A stretch of DNA of 64,000 nucleotides, taken from Octopus sinensis. Its lineage: Eukaryota. Under the pieces are notes generated by a model. The model saw only the letters and a program-made list of their open reading frames with translations, ran no database searches and had not been told where the DNA came from. This document shows positions 11,916-26,311 of the stretch, piece after piece. The stretch is from assembly GCF_006345805.1 (NCBI RefSeq), contig NC_043019.1, forward strand, positions 1,798,001 to 1,862,000, written 5' to 3'. How positions within the stretch are numbered: the first letter of the stretch is position 1; every line of letters begins with the position of its first letter. A program made the translations under genes and the position numbers.

Positions 11916-12169
11916 AAGATTTGTTAGCGTTATTTAGGTCTCAAGGGACTTGTTCAGCGCAACGAGGAAACCCATGTTTGGAAGCGAGACTTGAATTCAG
12001 AATTCTGCAAAAAGGCAAAAGAGTTACATCCTCGCATTACCGCTGACGCTCTTTTATTTCCGCCCGTCCATCAGCCTGTGGTACTTTCTGAAACACATAA
12101 GAGCAGTTTCGTGGTTTTCGTAGCGAATGTATTTCTTTCCCTGGACGGGACTCCATTCCATTGCAGGGA

Positions 12170-12612
12170 ATACTTATTTTTGTAGGCTGGGTTGCCTGAA
12201 GCAACGTAAAATGAAGTGTTCTGCTCAAGAACACAACGCTTCGACCAGTCAAGAAATCGAAGCTACAGTCTTGCAATCATTAGTCTAATACCACTAACAA
12301 CTAAGCCACGCGCCTCAATCACCCTATAGGGGTATTTAATTTATCTAAACCCTAGGATTCATAAGGTTAGATTTTAACTGTCTTTCCTTGGCGACAAAAT
12401 GACTGACAGAACAACATTCTCTCCTGAACGGGACGTCGGTCCATTACAGGTTTAACCATCCAGCTATTGCCGAAGCCCATTTACAGTTGAATGGACTTGT
12501 ACAACGTGAAATGAAGTGTTTTCTTCAAGAAGACATCGTAACACCTGTTCCAGGAAGAGAAACAACAATCTTACAAGTATGAATGCAAGATCCTACACAC
12601 TAGGCTACGAAC
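12170..12612 (-). mobile_element. Two degenerate tRNA-derived SINE family D-like copies
   Basis: Reverse strand gaggcgcgtggcttagttgttag..tgtgttcttgagcagaacac resembles 20641-20940. Confidence 0.55.
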
Positions 12613-13844
12613 CATTAGTATTCTTCAGTAGTAATGTTTTATATCAGAATGCAGTAAACTGGAACAAATGACACAAAGCGTTTCATTCGCCACTGCTATT
12701 CTATGTCTAGTATAAGATATAACGGCACTCTGTATTACTGAACGTCATTTAAAATAGCTTTAGACGTGAATAATTGATATTCAATAATCTAAACTTTGTG
12801 AATGAATTAAATGTCACGCGAAGAAGATATTTCTTTTCACTTGGAGTGTAATTTTGATAAAATGATACCTCGCTACATTAGTGAGTTGGTACAGAGCTTA
12901 CTTTTACTTCCTTGGTTATACAATACAGGATTGACTTGAGTGTGGGATATAATGAATTCAAAATGTCAGATTAGCGATGGAATTAGCAGACAAAACTCCC
13001 TACTCCTGTTGTACTATTTCGCCCCAACTTTCTCTCACTCTTTGTTCCTGTTTCTTGGGTAACGCTGCGATGTACTGGCGTCCCCTCCAGCTGGGGGGAA
13101 CACATACGCCACAGAAACCGGGAAACCGGGCCCATGAGCCTGGCTAGGCTTGAAAAGGGACGAAAAAAAATCTGAGGTCAATTTTGAAATCAGCACCCAA
13201 AACTTATTTTGTTGACCATGTTCGGAAACATAAAAATTAATGATCTGCGCATTTAGTTCTGAGCCCTTCTTTCATGAACCCCGAAACCATTCAAGAATAT
13301 ATTTCTTCTTAATTGGAATTTGCAATATTACTACAAAAATGCCATTGACAGAAAAATATGTAGCACGGTAGAAACTCATTACGACATTCTAATGGGAATG
13401 CATTTCGAAAGAAATTGGTCTCCTTGTATATCTTTTCAATAAATATAGCTATTTTAAAAGGGAAAATTAATATTTTCATCGACTTATGGAGAGATATTTA
13501 GTAAAATATGCAAGCCGTGCTGCTGTAAGTTTTCTTCTTAAAGTAGGAAAGAAAATTGTATCAGAGGATATCTCGTATTTACGTTAAATGCCTAGAGAAT
13601 TAACATGAGATGAACTTCAATGGCTGCAAAGTTAATTTGATACATCGTCGCTGAATGCAGTCATCAGATCTTAGCACTTAATTTAGATCGCTCACCTCGA
13701 AGGATTTTCTCATCATACATTGAATGGAGACACAACAAACCCATCGATTTGAAGGAGTTACAACATACGATTCATTGAATATTTGAGAAACACTGACGCG
13801 TAGAAATCCAATTTTTTGCATCTGACTAAAGCTATCGCAATATT

Positions 13845-14075
13845 GTTGTTGCTGTTGCTGCTCCTGGTGGTGGAGGTGATGGTGGCGGTAGTGGGTGGGT
13901 GATAATGGCCCTGGTATCAGTAGAGGCGCTGGTGGTGGTGGTGGTGGTGGTGGCGGTGGAAATGGAGCAATAGCGGTGGCAGCAATAGCGGTAGTGGTAG
14001 TAGCCCTGCCAGGAGTTGTGACAGCGGCAGCAGCGGTGGTGGTGGTGGTGGTGCTGACGGTTGTGTTGGTGGAGG
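13845..14075. repeat. GC-rich (GGT)n/(GCA)n trinucleotide low-complexity tract
   Basis: Direct repeats; poly-P/T/Q or poly-G/V depending on frame. Confidence 0.8.
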
Positions 14076-14887
14076 TCATGCCTGTCGTTGCGTTACACCA
14101 ATTTCGTCTAGGCCTTCCTTCTATGGGTACCTCGCCTTTTATGCATTTCAGGACTACCTTCCCCTTATATGCTCTTTCTTTCTTTTCTGATTCGCAGGCA
14201 ATACAGGTTCACCAGTTAACTGATCAACAATTATTTTTTTAACATAATTCCACATCAGCCGGTTTGGTTATGATGCGGAGGTTCCAGACATGACCACTAA
14301 GTATTTTTGTACATATATATATATATATATCAGAACATTTTCTAATGCCCTTGTTTTAAAGATGTTAGATTTGATTTCAGAGTAGGTTATTATATTGGCT
14401 GCAATTTCTAGCAGGATGAGCCACTGTGTAGATTTTCGTCTCAATAGCATACAAAAGCTGCTATATCTGTTCATATCATGTTTGGAATATAAGAGTATTT
14501 CTGCTTGTTTATTTGGTTCTTTTCGTTGCAAGCCCGGCAATATTAAGAAGATGGAGAGGTCAGTCACATGGATTCTAGTACTTGATTTAATTAATATAAT
14601 TTATCGATCTCGAGAGGATGGAAGGTAAAGTTGTCTTCGGCGGAATTTCAACGTAATATGGTTAAGCATTTTCCCGATGCGATAACGATTCTGCCAGGTC
14701 GTCGCCTTATTGAATTATTAAATTATACGAATTGCTTTAAAATTGAAAGTAAAGATATTATTTTAGGCATCTAAAATAAGACATTTACTGCTATGATTCC
14801 AGTAGCTAGCCTTTAGAAATATGTACCAGATGCTGTAGTTGCTACGATTTATTAGACTTATTCCAAAGTTTGCTGTTAATAACATTA

Positions 14888-15105
14888 GCGGAAGAAGGCG
14901 GTGAGGTAGCTCAATCGTTACCTGGACAAGAAAAGTGCTTTGCGGCGTTTTCGTCGCACTTTACATACTAAGTTCAAATTCTGTTGAGGTCGACTTTACT
15001 TTTCATACTTTCGGTGACGTTAAAAATAAGCACTAGTAATCGACCTATTCCTTCCCTCTCTCGAAATTGGTGGCTTTGAACCAACATTTGAAACCATTAA
15101 TATTA
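14888..15105 (+). mobile_element. Degenerate SINE family A
   Basis: aagttcaaattctgttgaggtcgactttacttttcat; a similar copy lies at about 15410-15605. Confidence 0.65.
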
Positions 15106-16923
15106 GCGGAAGGAAATGCTCAGTATTTATTAGAACCATGAAACTTCGATAGCAAAAACATTTATAAAAACCAATCAGGAAGATAAATAAAATTATTTAT
15201 AAAAATTGATGAGTTTGTACGAAAATATCAATAAGCCTTCTTTACATTCCATAAAAGTTCACGCATTTTCTTAGAGATAATGAGGGTTTTCAACGATGCT
15301 TAAACTTTCATCTCAAAATACAAACAAGGTAAATTATTAATTATGTAAAATTGCAAAACTAAATAATATAATATAATGTTTGCATGTCAATAAATGGTTA
15401 GCGTAATGCAGTGAGGTGGGAGAACAGTTAACCCGCCGGATAAATTAGTTAAAGACATTTCGTCCGTCTTTACATTCTCATATTAAATACTGCCGAGGTC
15501 GTCTTTGCCTTTTATTCTCTCGGAGTCGATAAAATGAATACCAGTTAAGTACTGGGTTGATGTAATCACTTAAAATTACTGACCCTGTGCCAAAATTTCA
15601 AACCAATATGTGGGCACTGCATTTGATGGTATAGAACATGCAATTGCTCTTTGAAACTGTCTAAAGAAATCACCCCACCTCCGATATGCAAAGTATAAGA
15701 CCTCCAAAACGTTTTGTCTTAATATGCGCTACTGAAATTGGGATACGTCTAATAAGCCCGTGGTTCTTTTACGCCATTAAATTACAAAATCTTTTTCATG
15801 ATTAAAAGAATTTAAATGATTTTCAGCAATGAATTGATAAATGGATCTCCATCGTTTTCGACGATGATTTCGTATTTCTTCGATGCAATGAGCAATCTAC
15901 TTTTTGGTGTGTTGCGTAGGTGGCTATTTATCTTATATATACTCATAAATTTAAATCAATATTCAACCCGACACTGTGTGCGACAAGGCCACGTCTTTGT
16001 ATTGTAAGTACAGCCTAACCTTTGGAATTACAAACAGTTTCTGACAATTCAAATTTTGCTTGTAGAATAGAACCTGAAACCATATGAACCCAAACTAAAC
16101 TAATTAAACACTTGTCATGAACCCATAAGATCCCATAGAAATTAACAAAATTGTATTTTAACGATGTACAGATATTTGTATTATTTTTTCTATTTATGCG
16201 TATTTAACGGCAATTAAATTCCAATTTCATCCACTTACATAAATCAAGAGTCTCTTTTTACTGAAATATTTGCTAATTAAAGCCAACACACACTGATAAT
16301 CAGTTGACTCATTAATCTTGGTTACTTAATGATTTTTTTCCAAGTTTGATTCGATGCATTTAAGTTCTTAAACACGTAAATCCGCTGTAAATAAGAACGA
16401 GGATACTTGAAACTAAGAATTTAACATAATTCCAAAATTATATTCTTTAGATAATTATATGTAACCACTTTCTTTTTCGTTTTTTGCATATCACTACTAT
16501 GCATAGTTAACAATTCCTCGCGCAGCATTCTGAGTTGTTACACATAAAATTGTGAATTTATTGGGTATTTAATGTGGTTTTCACGTAGTTATATATGATA
16601 TAATCTCCAGTAGAGAAACAAAATTCAAAGAGGAAAAACGTGTTGTTTTCCAATCTCCCAGTACGGCAAGTTATATTTTAAAATATAATAACAAATTGTT
16701 CTGTAAAAAATCGGGGCAATTCCATTTCGTCTAGCCCTGAAGCATACCGTTTTTTTAAGACTATTCACCTTGAAAGGGTTCTCTCTCGGACGAAAACCGC
16801 AGCATCTGGAGTTTAACCAATGCACATTAAGTAAGCTAGATTAATTATGTTTAGATTATTGAGCTGCTTCTGTTGCATAGGTTTATTATAATTAATATAT
16901 TTATTATAATTAATATATCTACT

Positions 16924-17248
16924 GTGGAGGTACATAGCCTAGTAGTTAGAGCAGCGGACTCGCGGTCAAGGGATCGCGGGTTCGAATCTCAGACCAGGCG
17001 ATGTGTGTGCTTATGAGCGAAAGACCTAAGCTCCACGCGGCTCCGGCAGAAGGTAATGGCAAACTTCTGCTGACTTTCTATCTATAAATTTTCTGACTCT
17101 TTCGCGACAACTTTCTCTCACTCTTTCCTCCTGCATCTTGCAGCTCACCTGCGACGGACCGGTGTCCCGCTCAGGTGGGGAACCTATACGCCAAGGAAAC
17201 CTGGAAAATTATGAGCCAGGCATGGCTCGAGAAGGATCAAACAAAAAC
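16924..17248 (+). mobile_element. Full-length tRNA-derived SINE family C with 12-bp TSD
   Basis: A-box tagcctagtagttagagc, B-box GGTTCGAATCTC, (AAAC)-like tail; TSD aatatatctact at 16912-16923 and 17249-17260. Confidence 0.92.
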
Positions 17249-17270
17249 AATATATCTACTAAATCTGCAG

Positions 17271-17470
17271 TGAAGGAGCATGGCACAGGGAATAGAGTGT
17301 CCGGCTCACTTTCATGAGGCTGCGAGTTCGATACTCGGAACAGGCTATGTGTTTTGATCTTGAGCAAGACACTTTATTTCACATTGCTCGAGTTCACTCA
17401 GCCGTGTTACTGGTGCCAAGTTGTATCGTCCTTTGTTTGGGATAACATTCGTTGGAGAGGAGAGGCTGGT
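17271..17470 (+). mobile_element. Degenerate SINE family D
   Basis: gagttcgatactc..tcttgagcaagacactttatttcacattgctc matches 20641-20940. Confidence 0.7.
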
Positions 17471-18317
17471 ATGATAATTCCTGGGTGGGCGTCCCACACT
17501 TAAGGGACTTTAGTAGGGTGGGTCGCAACGACTATTCTACAAGATAAAGATTAATGTCAAATCCATCTTCTGTTTACTTAAGAAATTATTATTACTATTA
17601 TTATATACATGTATATATGTATATGTATATATATATATACACACACAAGTGCCTATTATTACATATGTGTGTGCGTTTGTGTGTGAGAGAGAGAGTGTGT
17701 GTCTGTCTGTCTGTCTGTGTCTCTGAGTCTGTGTGTCTGTATATTATAGAGAGAGACAGACAGACAGATAGACATACATACAGATAAATAGATAGATAGA
17801 TAGAGAGATAGATAGAGAGATAGATAGAGAGATAGATAGAGAGATAGATAGACAGATATGTGTTTATGTGTATGTATGTACATATACTTATAGTATATGT
17901 ATGTTTGTGACTACGTATGTATATAGGTTTATGTAAATTTTGTTCGAAGTTCGAAAGCGTAGCTCAGCAGGTGACAGCATTTTTGGACAAAAATTGAGAG
18001 ACCGATAGATAAATCTCAGATAGAGAACAAATTCGTTTATCCAGTTTCTAACTACAGTTTTCAGAGACGTCATTCAGTAGCCAAAAAAATTGATTTCACA
18101 GCTGACTCGAAGCTGATGATAATGATTTCATCTATGATTCAGTAAATATTTTTCTTTCAAATTGCAGAATGAGTGTGAATGAATCTTCCATGTTCGTTAT
18201 TCGTTCGGTATTTCATACCTTATATATATTCATACACACGCACACGCACACACTCACACACACACACTCACACACTCACATACACATATAAAAGTATATG
18301 TATATATATTATATATA

Positions 18318-18360
<43 letters not shown>

Positions 18361-18570
18361 ACAATTGAGGGTAAAATTAATTAATTAATCAATTTCACCA
18401 AGTGTTCAGTATGTAAAAGGACCATTTAAGGCAAATTCAAAATATTACATTATATAATTAGGGCTTAGTAAAATAAATTAAATTACTTTGCCACATACTG
18501 AACTTAGTAGAAATAGCAGCCAAAAAAAATTTTCTTAGCATTTCTACTACTTAAAGAAAATTTCTCTCAG
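18361..18570 (-). repeat. Dispersed fragment of the 540-bp unit family
   Basis: aacaattgagggtaaaatt..ttcaccaagtgttcagtatg..gggcttagtaaaataaatt is the reverse complement of the junction region of the 2023-3755 array. Confidence 0.8.
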
Positions 18571-18573
18571 ATA

Positions 18574-18627
<54 letters not shown>

Positions 18628-18638
18628 GTATATATATG

Positions 18639-18779
<141 letters not shown>

Positions 18780-18809
18780 GTATGTCTCTCCGTGTTTCTT
18801 TTATGTGTA

Positions 18810-18847
18810 TCTTTCTGTTGAGGAGCGTAGGCTCGAAACGTAAAAGA
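18810..18847 (+). ncRNA. Minimal hammerhead motif, probably inactivated (A6 to U)
   Basis: TCTTT-CTGTTGA-G-GAGC-GTAG-GCTC-GAAA-CG-TA-AAAGA. Confidence 0.55.
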
Positions 18848-19010
18848 CTTGTTTTATTTCTATTCCTGAGCACCATACTAATACAATTGTTTGTTTGTAT
18901 TCCACCTGCCTTCGTCTTTTGTTTATTTTCGTAAAGCTTCCTGTTATATATGTATATATATGTATATATATATATATATGTATATACATATGTATATATT
19001 TATATATATA

Positions 19011-19045
<35 letters not shown>

Positions 19046-19196
19046 CATTATGAGAGGTAATGGTGTCAACAAAACCCAAAGGTGTAAGGTAATGCTGAAC
19101 AAGTGATTTGGATAGACTCTAGTTAAGCTCCTAGTTCGGTGATTATGCGGATAAGGGGTCCAACGTAGGTCATATATCAGCATGTGTATGTATAAT

Positions 19197-19342
19197 TTTT
19201 TTTTCAGAATGAGATAAAATCCAAGGGTCTGCAAGAATTCAGAACATTTATAAAAAGAAGGTCTCTCACCTGTAAGACCTTCTATTTATAAATGTTCTGA
19301 AATCTTTCACAGCCTTGGATTTTATCACATTCTGAAAAAAAA
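19197..19342. repeat. About 145-bp imperfect palindrome
   Basis: ttttcagaatgagataaaatccaagg / ccttggattttatcacattctgaaaa with inner agaaggtct / agaccttct. Confidence 0.75.
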
Positions 19343-19347
19343 ATTAT

Positions 19348-19386
<39 letters not shown>

Positions 19387-20212
19387 GAGAGAGGGGGAGA
19401 GAGAGAGAGAGAGAGAGAGAAAGATAGAGAGAAGTAGAGAGAGAGAGAGAAATGCATAATAGGTACAGGACGTCACCAACAGTACGCAACATGAAATATA
19501 TGTATGTATGTATGTATGTACGTGTGTACGTGTGTATACATATATATATATATAGAAAAGTATCCATAGAACTCAACAAATTTGTTAAAATTAGAGAAGA
19601 GATGTTATAATTTGAAAGAAATTTAATGCATGCATACAATATTAAAACGTGTAAATTCGTGGTAGAATAATTGAATTAATTTGATTAGTTGAAATTAATT
19701 ACACATCACGTATACATTCTTTATTATGATGCTTTCAATTTTCATAAGGATAAATATGTATATCCGAAATTGTTCTCAGCTATTTCCTTCATCGAGTCCT
19801 CTGTAATAATAATTTTTTGCGTATACAACTTGCACTGAGGAGAACAGTGATATGTAATTAAGGTAATTCAATCAAATTAATTTAATTATTTTACCATGAA
19901 TTTACAGGTTTTAATACCGCTGTTTGAAACGATCGCATGCATGTATTAAAATTCATTCAAATTTTAATATGTTCTCTTTTCCATTTTTAGCAAATTTGCT
20001 GGGTTCTATGGTATACCTTGCCATAAATTCTCATAACACACCATATACAAGTATTATTTTCACATTCGCAAACTTACACGAGTAAGCTACCAGCAAATTA
20101 TGAAGAACCTTTATTAGAAATCGCTTTTTTAGAACCCTCCAAAATAAAGGATGAAATAAATTTCAAACTTCCCCGCCAAAAAAAATTATAATATATATAT
20201 ATAAATGTGTGT

Positions 20213-20267
<55 letters not shown>

Positions 20268-20280
20268 CGTGTCTGTGTGT

Positions 20281-20450
20281 ATGTGTTTGTCCCCCATTAG
20301 TGTGGTTGCATTCCCCTAACAGCGGTCCGGCAAAATATCGGTCAATAGAATAAGTACCAGGCTTAAAATGTGCTAGAGTCGATTTATTGAACAAGAAATT
20401 TTTGAAGGTGGTGCCGTAGCATCGCTATAATTTGATGACTGAAACAAGTA
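20281..20450 (+). mobile_element. SINE family B-related 3' half
   Basis: tttgtccccc..aatagaataagtaccaggc..tgactgaaacaagtaa. Confidence 0.6.
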
Positions 20451-20640
20451 ACTTGTAAACGGTAACAGGTAATATGCTACGTGTTAGGTGAACCCAAATC
20501 TTTGTCTCATTGTCTTAAAGAAATCCCAATTCATATATCTTTGGTATTCAATAGGAAGGGAGTGAAGCTTTGTCTTTTATCCAGCCCCTTTCAATTAATT
20601 TCTATTTATGTTTCTTTAATTCCAGCCAAGTATGTCATGT

Positions 20641-20940
20641 GAAGGTGCGTAGCTCAGTGGTTAGAGCTTCTAGCTTACGAACATGAGGTTGGGAGTTCGA
20701 ATCCCGGACCTGGCAACGTGTTTTGTTCTTGAGCAAGACACTTTATTTCACGTTGCTCCAGTTCACTCTGTTGTAGAAATGAGTTGCGATGTCACTGCTG
20801 CCAACCTGTATCGGCCTTTGCCTTTCCCTTGGATAACATCGGTGGCGTAGAGAGGGGAGGCTGGTATGCGTGGGCGACTGCTGGTCTTCCATAAACAACC
20901 TTGCCCGGACTTTTGCCCTGGAGGGTAACTTTCTAGGTCA
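20641..20940 (+). mobile_element. tRNA-derived SINE family D
   Basis: A-box tagctcagtggttagagc, B-box GAGTTCGAATCCC, then ttgagcaagacactttatttcacgttgctccagttcactc central block. Confidence 0.85.
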
Positions 20941-22446
20941 TGACCGAATGGGTCTCAGCATTTATATTTCTACATTATTACGGCCTTCAAAAATAAAGTA
21001 CAGATTCCATACATTCCAAATTGCACAGTTAAGTTTTTAGCTTAGTGATAAACTACTAAATGGAAAAGTTTGTAATCATATATATACAACGAATCTCGCA
21101 GCAACAATAGCATCAACAGCAACAGTGACAGCACCATCACCACCAACACAGCCACCACCACCAACAACAAAAAAAAACCCAGAAATAATAACAACAACAG
21201 CAACATCTACAGGCACCTGCTTTCGGTAATATATATTTTACAATATCTAAATGGAAGAAATCAGATATTTGGGCGATGAGTGAATATGTATCATTAAATC
21301 ATTTTAATTCTTTTGGATTGACAGTCGAAATCCGAAGAAAAATCTGTGTATTTCTAAAATAAAAAGGTTTCATCTATTTTGATATTGGATGCGAAAGAGG
21401 TGTTATTGATTTTTCAATTCCCTACGACATGTTTTCTCCGAGAATGTAAACATAAATGTTGAGAAAATGAGACAACAAAACAAAAAAGAACATATGAGAG
21501 AAGTGAGAAAGCTCTATCATCATATTAATGTAACTGTCAAAGCTTCTAATCTATTGATTTCTTATTTAAGAAAGCTGGTATTTGCTGATATCAGAATAGA
21601 AAGTGGTTGCTTTTGAACAAATATTATCGACCTCCGAAAGTGAAGTGTCATCAAAGTGCATTCAGAGACAACTCTCATCTCTGGTATCCAGGCTGCATCA
21701 CCCTTCTTCTTCAGTAACTCTATATATTAGATGTTCCCTAGATTGTGACATTATTGATTTATTTTGACGAAGAGCCAAAGTAAATTGTCTGTATAAGCGT
21801 ATACTGTCAATGAAAGAGGACTCTGTTGTATTACGAAAAACTTACCGTATTTTTCAATTGATATTCAGCAACATAACGTCATATCTATCAATATTTAAAT
21901 GCAAACCATATAGGGATTTGACGGTTTACCATTTCATATTAGATTTTACAATGTCTAATATACAGAAGCAATTTTATGTTAGTCAAGATGGAAGCTTTTT
22001 GCGAGCAATACTATATATATGTGGGTGTGTGTATGCGTGTGACTGTATATCTATATATGTGTATATATATATATGTGTGTGAGTGTGTGTATATGTATGT
22101 GAAGGTGTATGGTTTGTGGTGAACGTGTTTGGATTAAATTTGAGAGTTTGCATAAAAGGAAAAGAAAGCAAAATAACCCACCCAAAAATTAAGCGTATTT
22201 TAAAACAACCAAAAGGTATCAACTAGATTATGGCTGGGCGATAACAGTTTACCAAAAGGAGCTGTCTCAGCTTCCAATCTGCCATAAGATGACTCCTGAA
22301 ACTGGCGCATGCGTTCCTCACACTAGCCGTGGGAATATTTTGTGCTTACGTCCTTGGTCATGGTCACTAGTTCGATTCGTTCGACTGAAGTTCTTCAAGG
22401 CGGTGCCCCAATATGCCCGTCGTCTAATGACTGAAACAAATAAAAG

Positions 22447-22731
<285 letters not shown>

Positions 22732-23598
22732 TCAATCCAGGGATCGACGTGTAGGCTGAGAGTTAGCTTCGAGCAATCGGTAGTGAATATTAAAAAAAAA
22801 AAACTTTCAGGAACCATAGTGGTTTATTTAGACGGATGGTCGCGGGCTTTTCATTTTGTTTCCCTTTTATCGAAGAACAATGAGCTGAAAAGCAGTTCTT
22901 TTTATATTCCTCGGTAGGCAAACGGTTGCCGAGTGTGTGAAAAAGTATGCAAGAGTTACGGAATGGAGTATGGGAAATCCGGGCTACACATATTTCATAG
23001 TGTGTGGCACAGCTGTATATATGCTTGTGTGTGTGTGTGTGTGTGTGTGTATGCGTGTGTGTGCATATATATATGTACATATTCACTCAATGCCTATAGT
23101 TTTTTTATTTATTTATAAGGTGTGATGTATGGAAAATTAGCTGCTATTTCTAGTACTCTGATCAACTACAGATTCTTGTGTTAGTTCATACGTCTCTGTT
23201 AATGTACTTTTACAAGAAGTGTATTATCGTAAACATAAAGAGACCGATAGAATAAGTACCAGGTTTACAAAGAATAAGTTCTGGGGTCGATTTGGTCGAC
23301 TAAAGGCGGTGCTCTAGTATGGCCACAGTCAAATGACTGACACAAGTAAAAAGAGAGATTCTATCGTCTGAGATGTTATTGTTGATATTTCTTGTCACAT
23401 TAGATATTTTCTCCCTCTCATTCTATTTTTCATTCCTAAACTTGAGAAAATATTTTGTAACATTTTACTAATTTTTTCATTGTTAAATGTAGATTTTAAT
23501 TAAAGAATATAATTGAAAGTTTAAACAATTATGAATCTCATCCATCCATTCATTGTACCATTCTAATTAAAAATAGGCGAATGACTAATTAAATGATA

Positions 23599-23992
23599 TC
23601 TATATATATAAAAGTGAGGTTGTGTGGTGTCTGTCTACTCCGATTTAGATTCCTAACTACTCCCACATTTTGCGGTGCAGTTTAACCAAAAGCGGGTATC
23701 TTATAGTCGTGATTCATATCGAGCGCTTCTAGGTATTAGCGCACGTCTACGATGAGTCTACGATTAAAAAAAAAATTACCATCATTTTTTCCCATTTTTA
23801 ATGCATTTCTGGCATATATAAGGGAGGTAACTCTCTAAAAATGTATTATTAAATCTCAGAACCTAAAAAGCTACAGTAACACCCCCCCTTGTGGTTAGCC
23901 ATATTGAGATGGCTATTATACTTTACATCTCTAAAAATGCTTATATAGTTATTTCCCTTACAAACCCGAGCAACGACGGGCGATACTGCTAG
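23599..23992 (+). mobile_element. Non-autonomous Helitron
   Basis: 5' TC(TATA)..AAAA, subterminal hairpin CCCG-agcaacga-CGGG (23965-23980), 3' CTAG; inserted between A and T with no TSD. Confidence 0.85.
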
Positions 23993-24166
23993 TAAATTAT
24001 GTAATTGTAGATGGCAGAATCAGACATCCAGCAATATATATATGTATATATATATACTCGGGACCAGTAGCAAAAAAAAAAGTAACACTTCAGTTACTTG
24101 TTAGAATATTCGTGTAAACGAAGTAATTGTAGGGAGTCTCTAAAGGCTTCGTGTCGTATAACATAC

Positions 24167-24390
24167 ACTCTTTTACTTGTTGCAGTCATTTGACTGTGGC
24201 CATGCTGGAGCACTGCCTCCAGTCGACCAAATCGACTCCAGGACTTATTCTTTGTAAGCCTAGTACTTATTCTATCGGTTTCTCTTTTGCCGAACCGCTA
24301 AGTTACGGGGACGCAAACCCACCAGCATCAGTTGTCAAGCGATGTTGTGGGGAGAAAACACAGACACACAAACAAATACGCACACACACA

Positions 24391-24448
<58 letters not shown>

Positions 24449-24588
24449 CATATATACGACGGGCTTCTTTCAGTTTCCGTCTACCAAATGCACTCACAAG
24501 ACCTTTGTCAGGGTGCCACGCAGTGGGACTGAACCCCAAACCATGTGGTTGGTATGCAAGCTACTTACCACACACGCACTCCTACGCC
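24167..24588 (-). mobile_element. Full-length SINE family B
   Basis: Same head, microsatellite and tail organisation as 6245-6637. Confidence 0.88.
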
Positions 24589-24777
24589 GATATTCATAAT
24601 ATCTTTGTCATAATAATTTTAAAGATTTTAACAGAAGAATATCTCAGGGCAGAGATTAATTCTGTTATCTCTTTTGAGAAATGATCTGAAACAGGCTTAT
24701 TAAATGCACGCAAAATGTCAATACTTGGCTTTGGTTTTATTAACCATACATACATCAATGCATAAATACATGTTAAT

Positions 24778-26311
24778 GTTCGTCCTTCGGTTCGAAGATG
24801 ACCAACTGACATCATCTGATGGAACTGCCGCCATGAGACCGGAGGTGGCTGGTGAGGCCAATCCGGGCAAGGAAGCCCCTCCCACAGGTGGGGCAGAAGT
24901 GGTAGGGGCAGTGCTACTGGTGCAGGCGGCTCTGACTTTACGCATCTGACGTTTCTGCTCCGCTGACCGAATCCGTCCCCCTCGGCTGTCCCTGCTCCCA
25001 CGGTGATTGCGCTGCGCCAGGATGAGCGGTTGGCAGCAAGTGTCTCCCAGGTCTCTGTTCCGATGGAGAAGTCTTTGAGAGAGACCTTGAGACTATCCTT
25101 GTAGCGCTTTTTCTGCCCTCCGACTTTGCGCCTGCCCTGGTCGAGTTCACCGTAGAAGAGCTGTTTTGGATGCGAGTGTCGGACATGCGGGAGACGTGGC
25201 CCGCCCATCTCAGCTGGGCCTTGCGCATGATTGTGATGGTGCTAGGAGATCTGCCTGCTTCAGAACTTCCGTGTCTGGGACTTTGTCCTGCCAGCGGATG
25301 TGAAGGAGATTCCGAAGACACCTGAGATGGAAGTGGTTTATCTGGCGCTCGTGCCTTCGGTAAGCAGTCCACGTTTCGCAGCCTTATAGTAGAGTGGTAA
25401 GCACGACTGCCCGGTAGACTTTCAGCTTGGTGTTGAGGCTGATTCCTCTCCGCTCCCAGACTTTCTTTCGCAGTCTCCCAAACGCGCTGCTTGCCTTGGA
25501 GATTCTGTTGATGGTTTCAGCATCTATGTTGGCATTGCAGGAGAGAGTGCTGCCCAGGTAGGTGAAGTTTTCCACCACTCGTAAGATCCGTCCGTTCACC
25601 CTTATCTGAGGCTCATGTATTGTTTGCGGGGGCTGGCTGAAACATCACTTCGGTTTTCTTTGCACTGATGGTGAGACCGAAGTTGTCACAGGCTGATGAG
25701 AACCTGTCCATCTCGAGCTGCATCTCCTGCTCATCGATTGCATAAGGGCGCAGTCGTCAGCAAAGAGAAAGTCTCTGACGACTGTCTCCCTCACCTTTGT
25801 GACAGCCTGCAATCTCCTGGAGTTGAAAAGTTTCCCGTCTGTCCTGTACTTGATGTTAATACCGGACTTGCAGTCCCTAAAGGCGTAGGACATCATTGCC
25901 GAGAACATGATGCTGAACAGTGTTGGGGCCAGGACACAGCCCTGCCTGACTCCGTTGGTCACCTGGAAGGCTTCAGATGAGTCGCCGTCCTCAAGGATTC
26001 TGGCTTGTCATTCCGTCGTGGAACTGGCGGACAATTGCAATAAATTTGCTGGGGCAACCAAATTTTCCCATGACCTTCCATAGTCCCTCCCGACTGACTG
26101 CATCAAAGGCCTTGGTGAGGTCACAAAGGTCATGCAGAGGTCAAGGTGCTGCTCCATGCATTTCTCCTGGAGCTGGCGGGCGGCGAATATCATGTCAGTG
26201 TCCCTCGACCCGCACGGAAGCCACACTGGCTCTCAGGGAGAAGGCTTGCTCCAAGTGTTCCAGAAGGCGGTCAAGCAGGACCCGGGCCAGGATCTTGCCT
26301 GCTATGGACAA
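24778..26311 (-). pseudogene. 5'-truncated RTE/BovB-like LINE ORF2 (RT plus C-terminal C2H2-like finger), frameshifted
   Basis: Across frames: IAGKILARVLL, DMIFAARQLQEKC, GVRQGCVLAPTLF, DFLFADDCAL, FTYLGSTLS, LRWAGHVSRM, QKKRYKD, CPTCGRGFLARIGLTSHLR. The 3' end gtcatcttcg..gaaggacgaac is RTE-like. Confidence 0.9.

Noticed and set aside
13678-14079. 133-aa poly-T/A/P/H/Q ORF resembling a transcription-factor exon
   Set aside because: It is a trinucleotide tract with no domain. It directly follows a weak RTE-like C-terminal remnant (IEGRPRRNW) on the same strand, so it is more likely a retroelement tail.
20641-20715. tRNA gene-like sequence (also at 16924, 38287 and 48263)
   Set aside because: A/B boxes are present, but there is no complete cloverleaf and the sequence runs into multi-copy SINE bodies, with TSDs in three of the four cases.
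21580-21760. Coding-like composition on the minus strand
   Set aside because: Short, with stops in all frames examined and no recognisable family.
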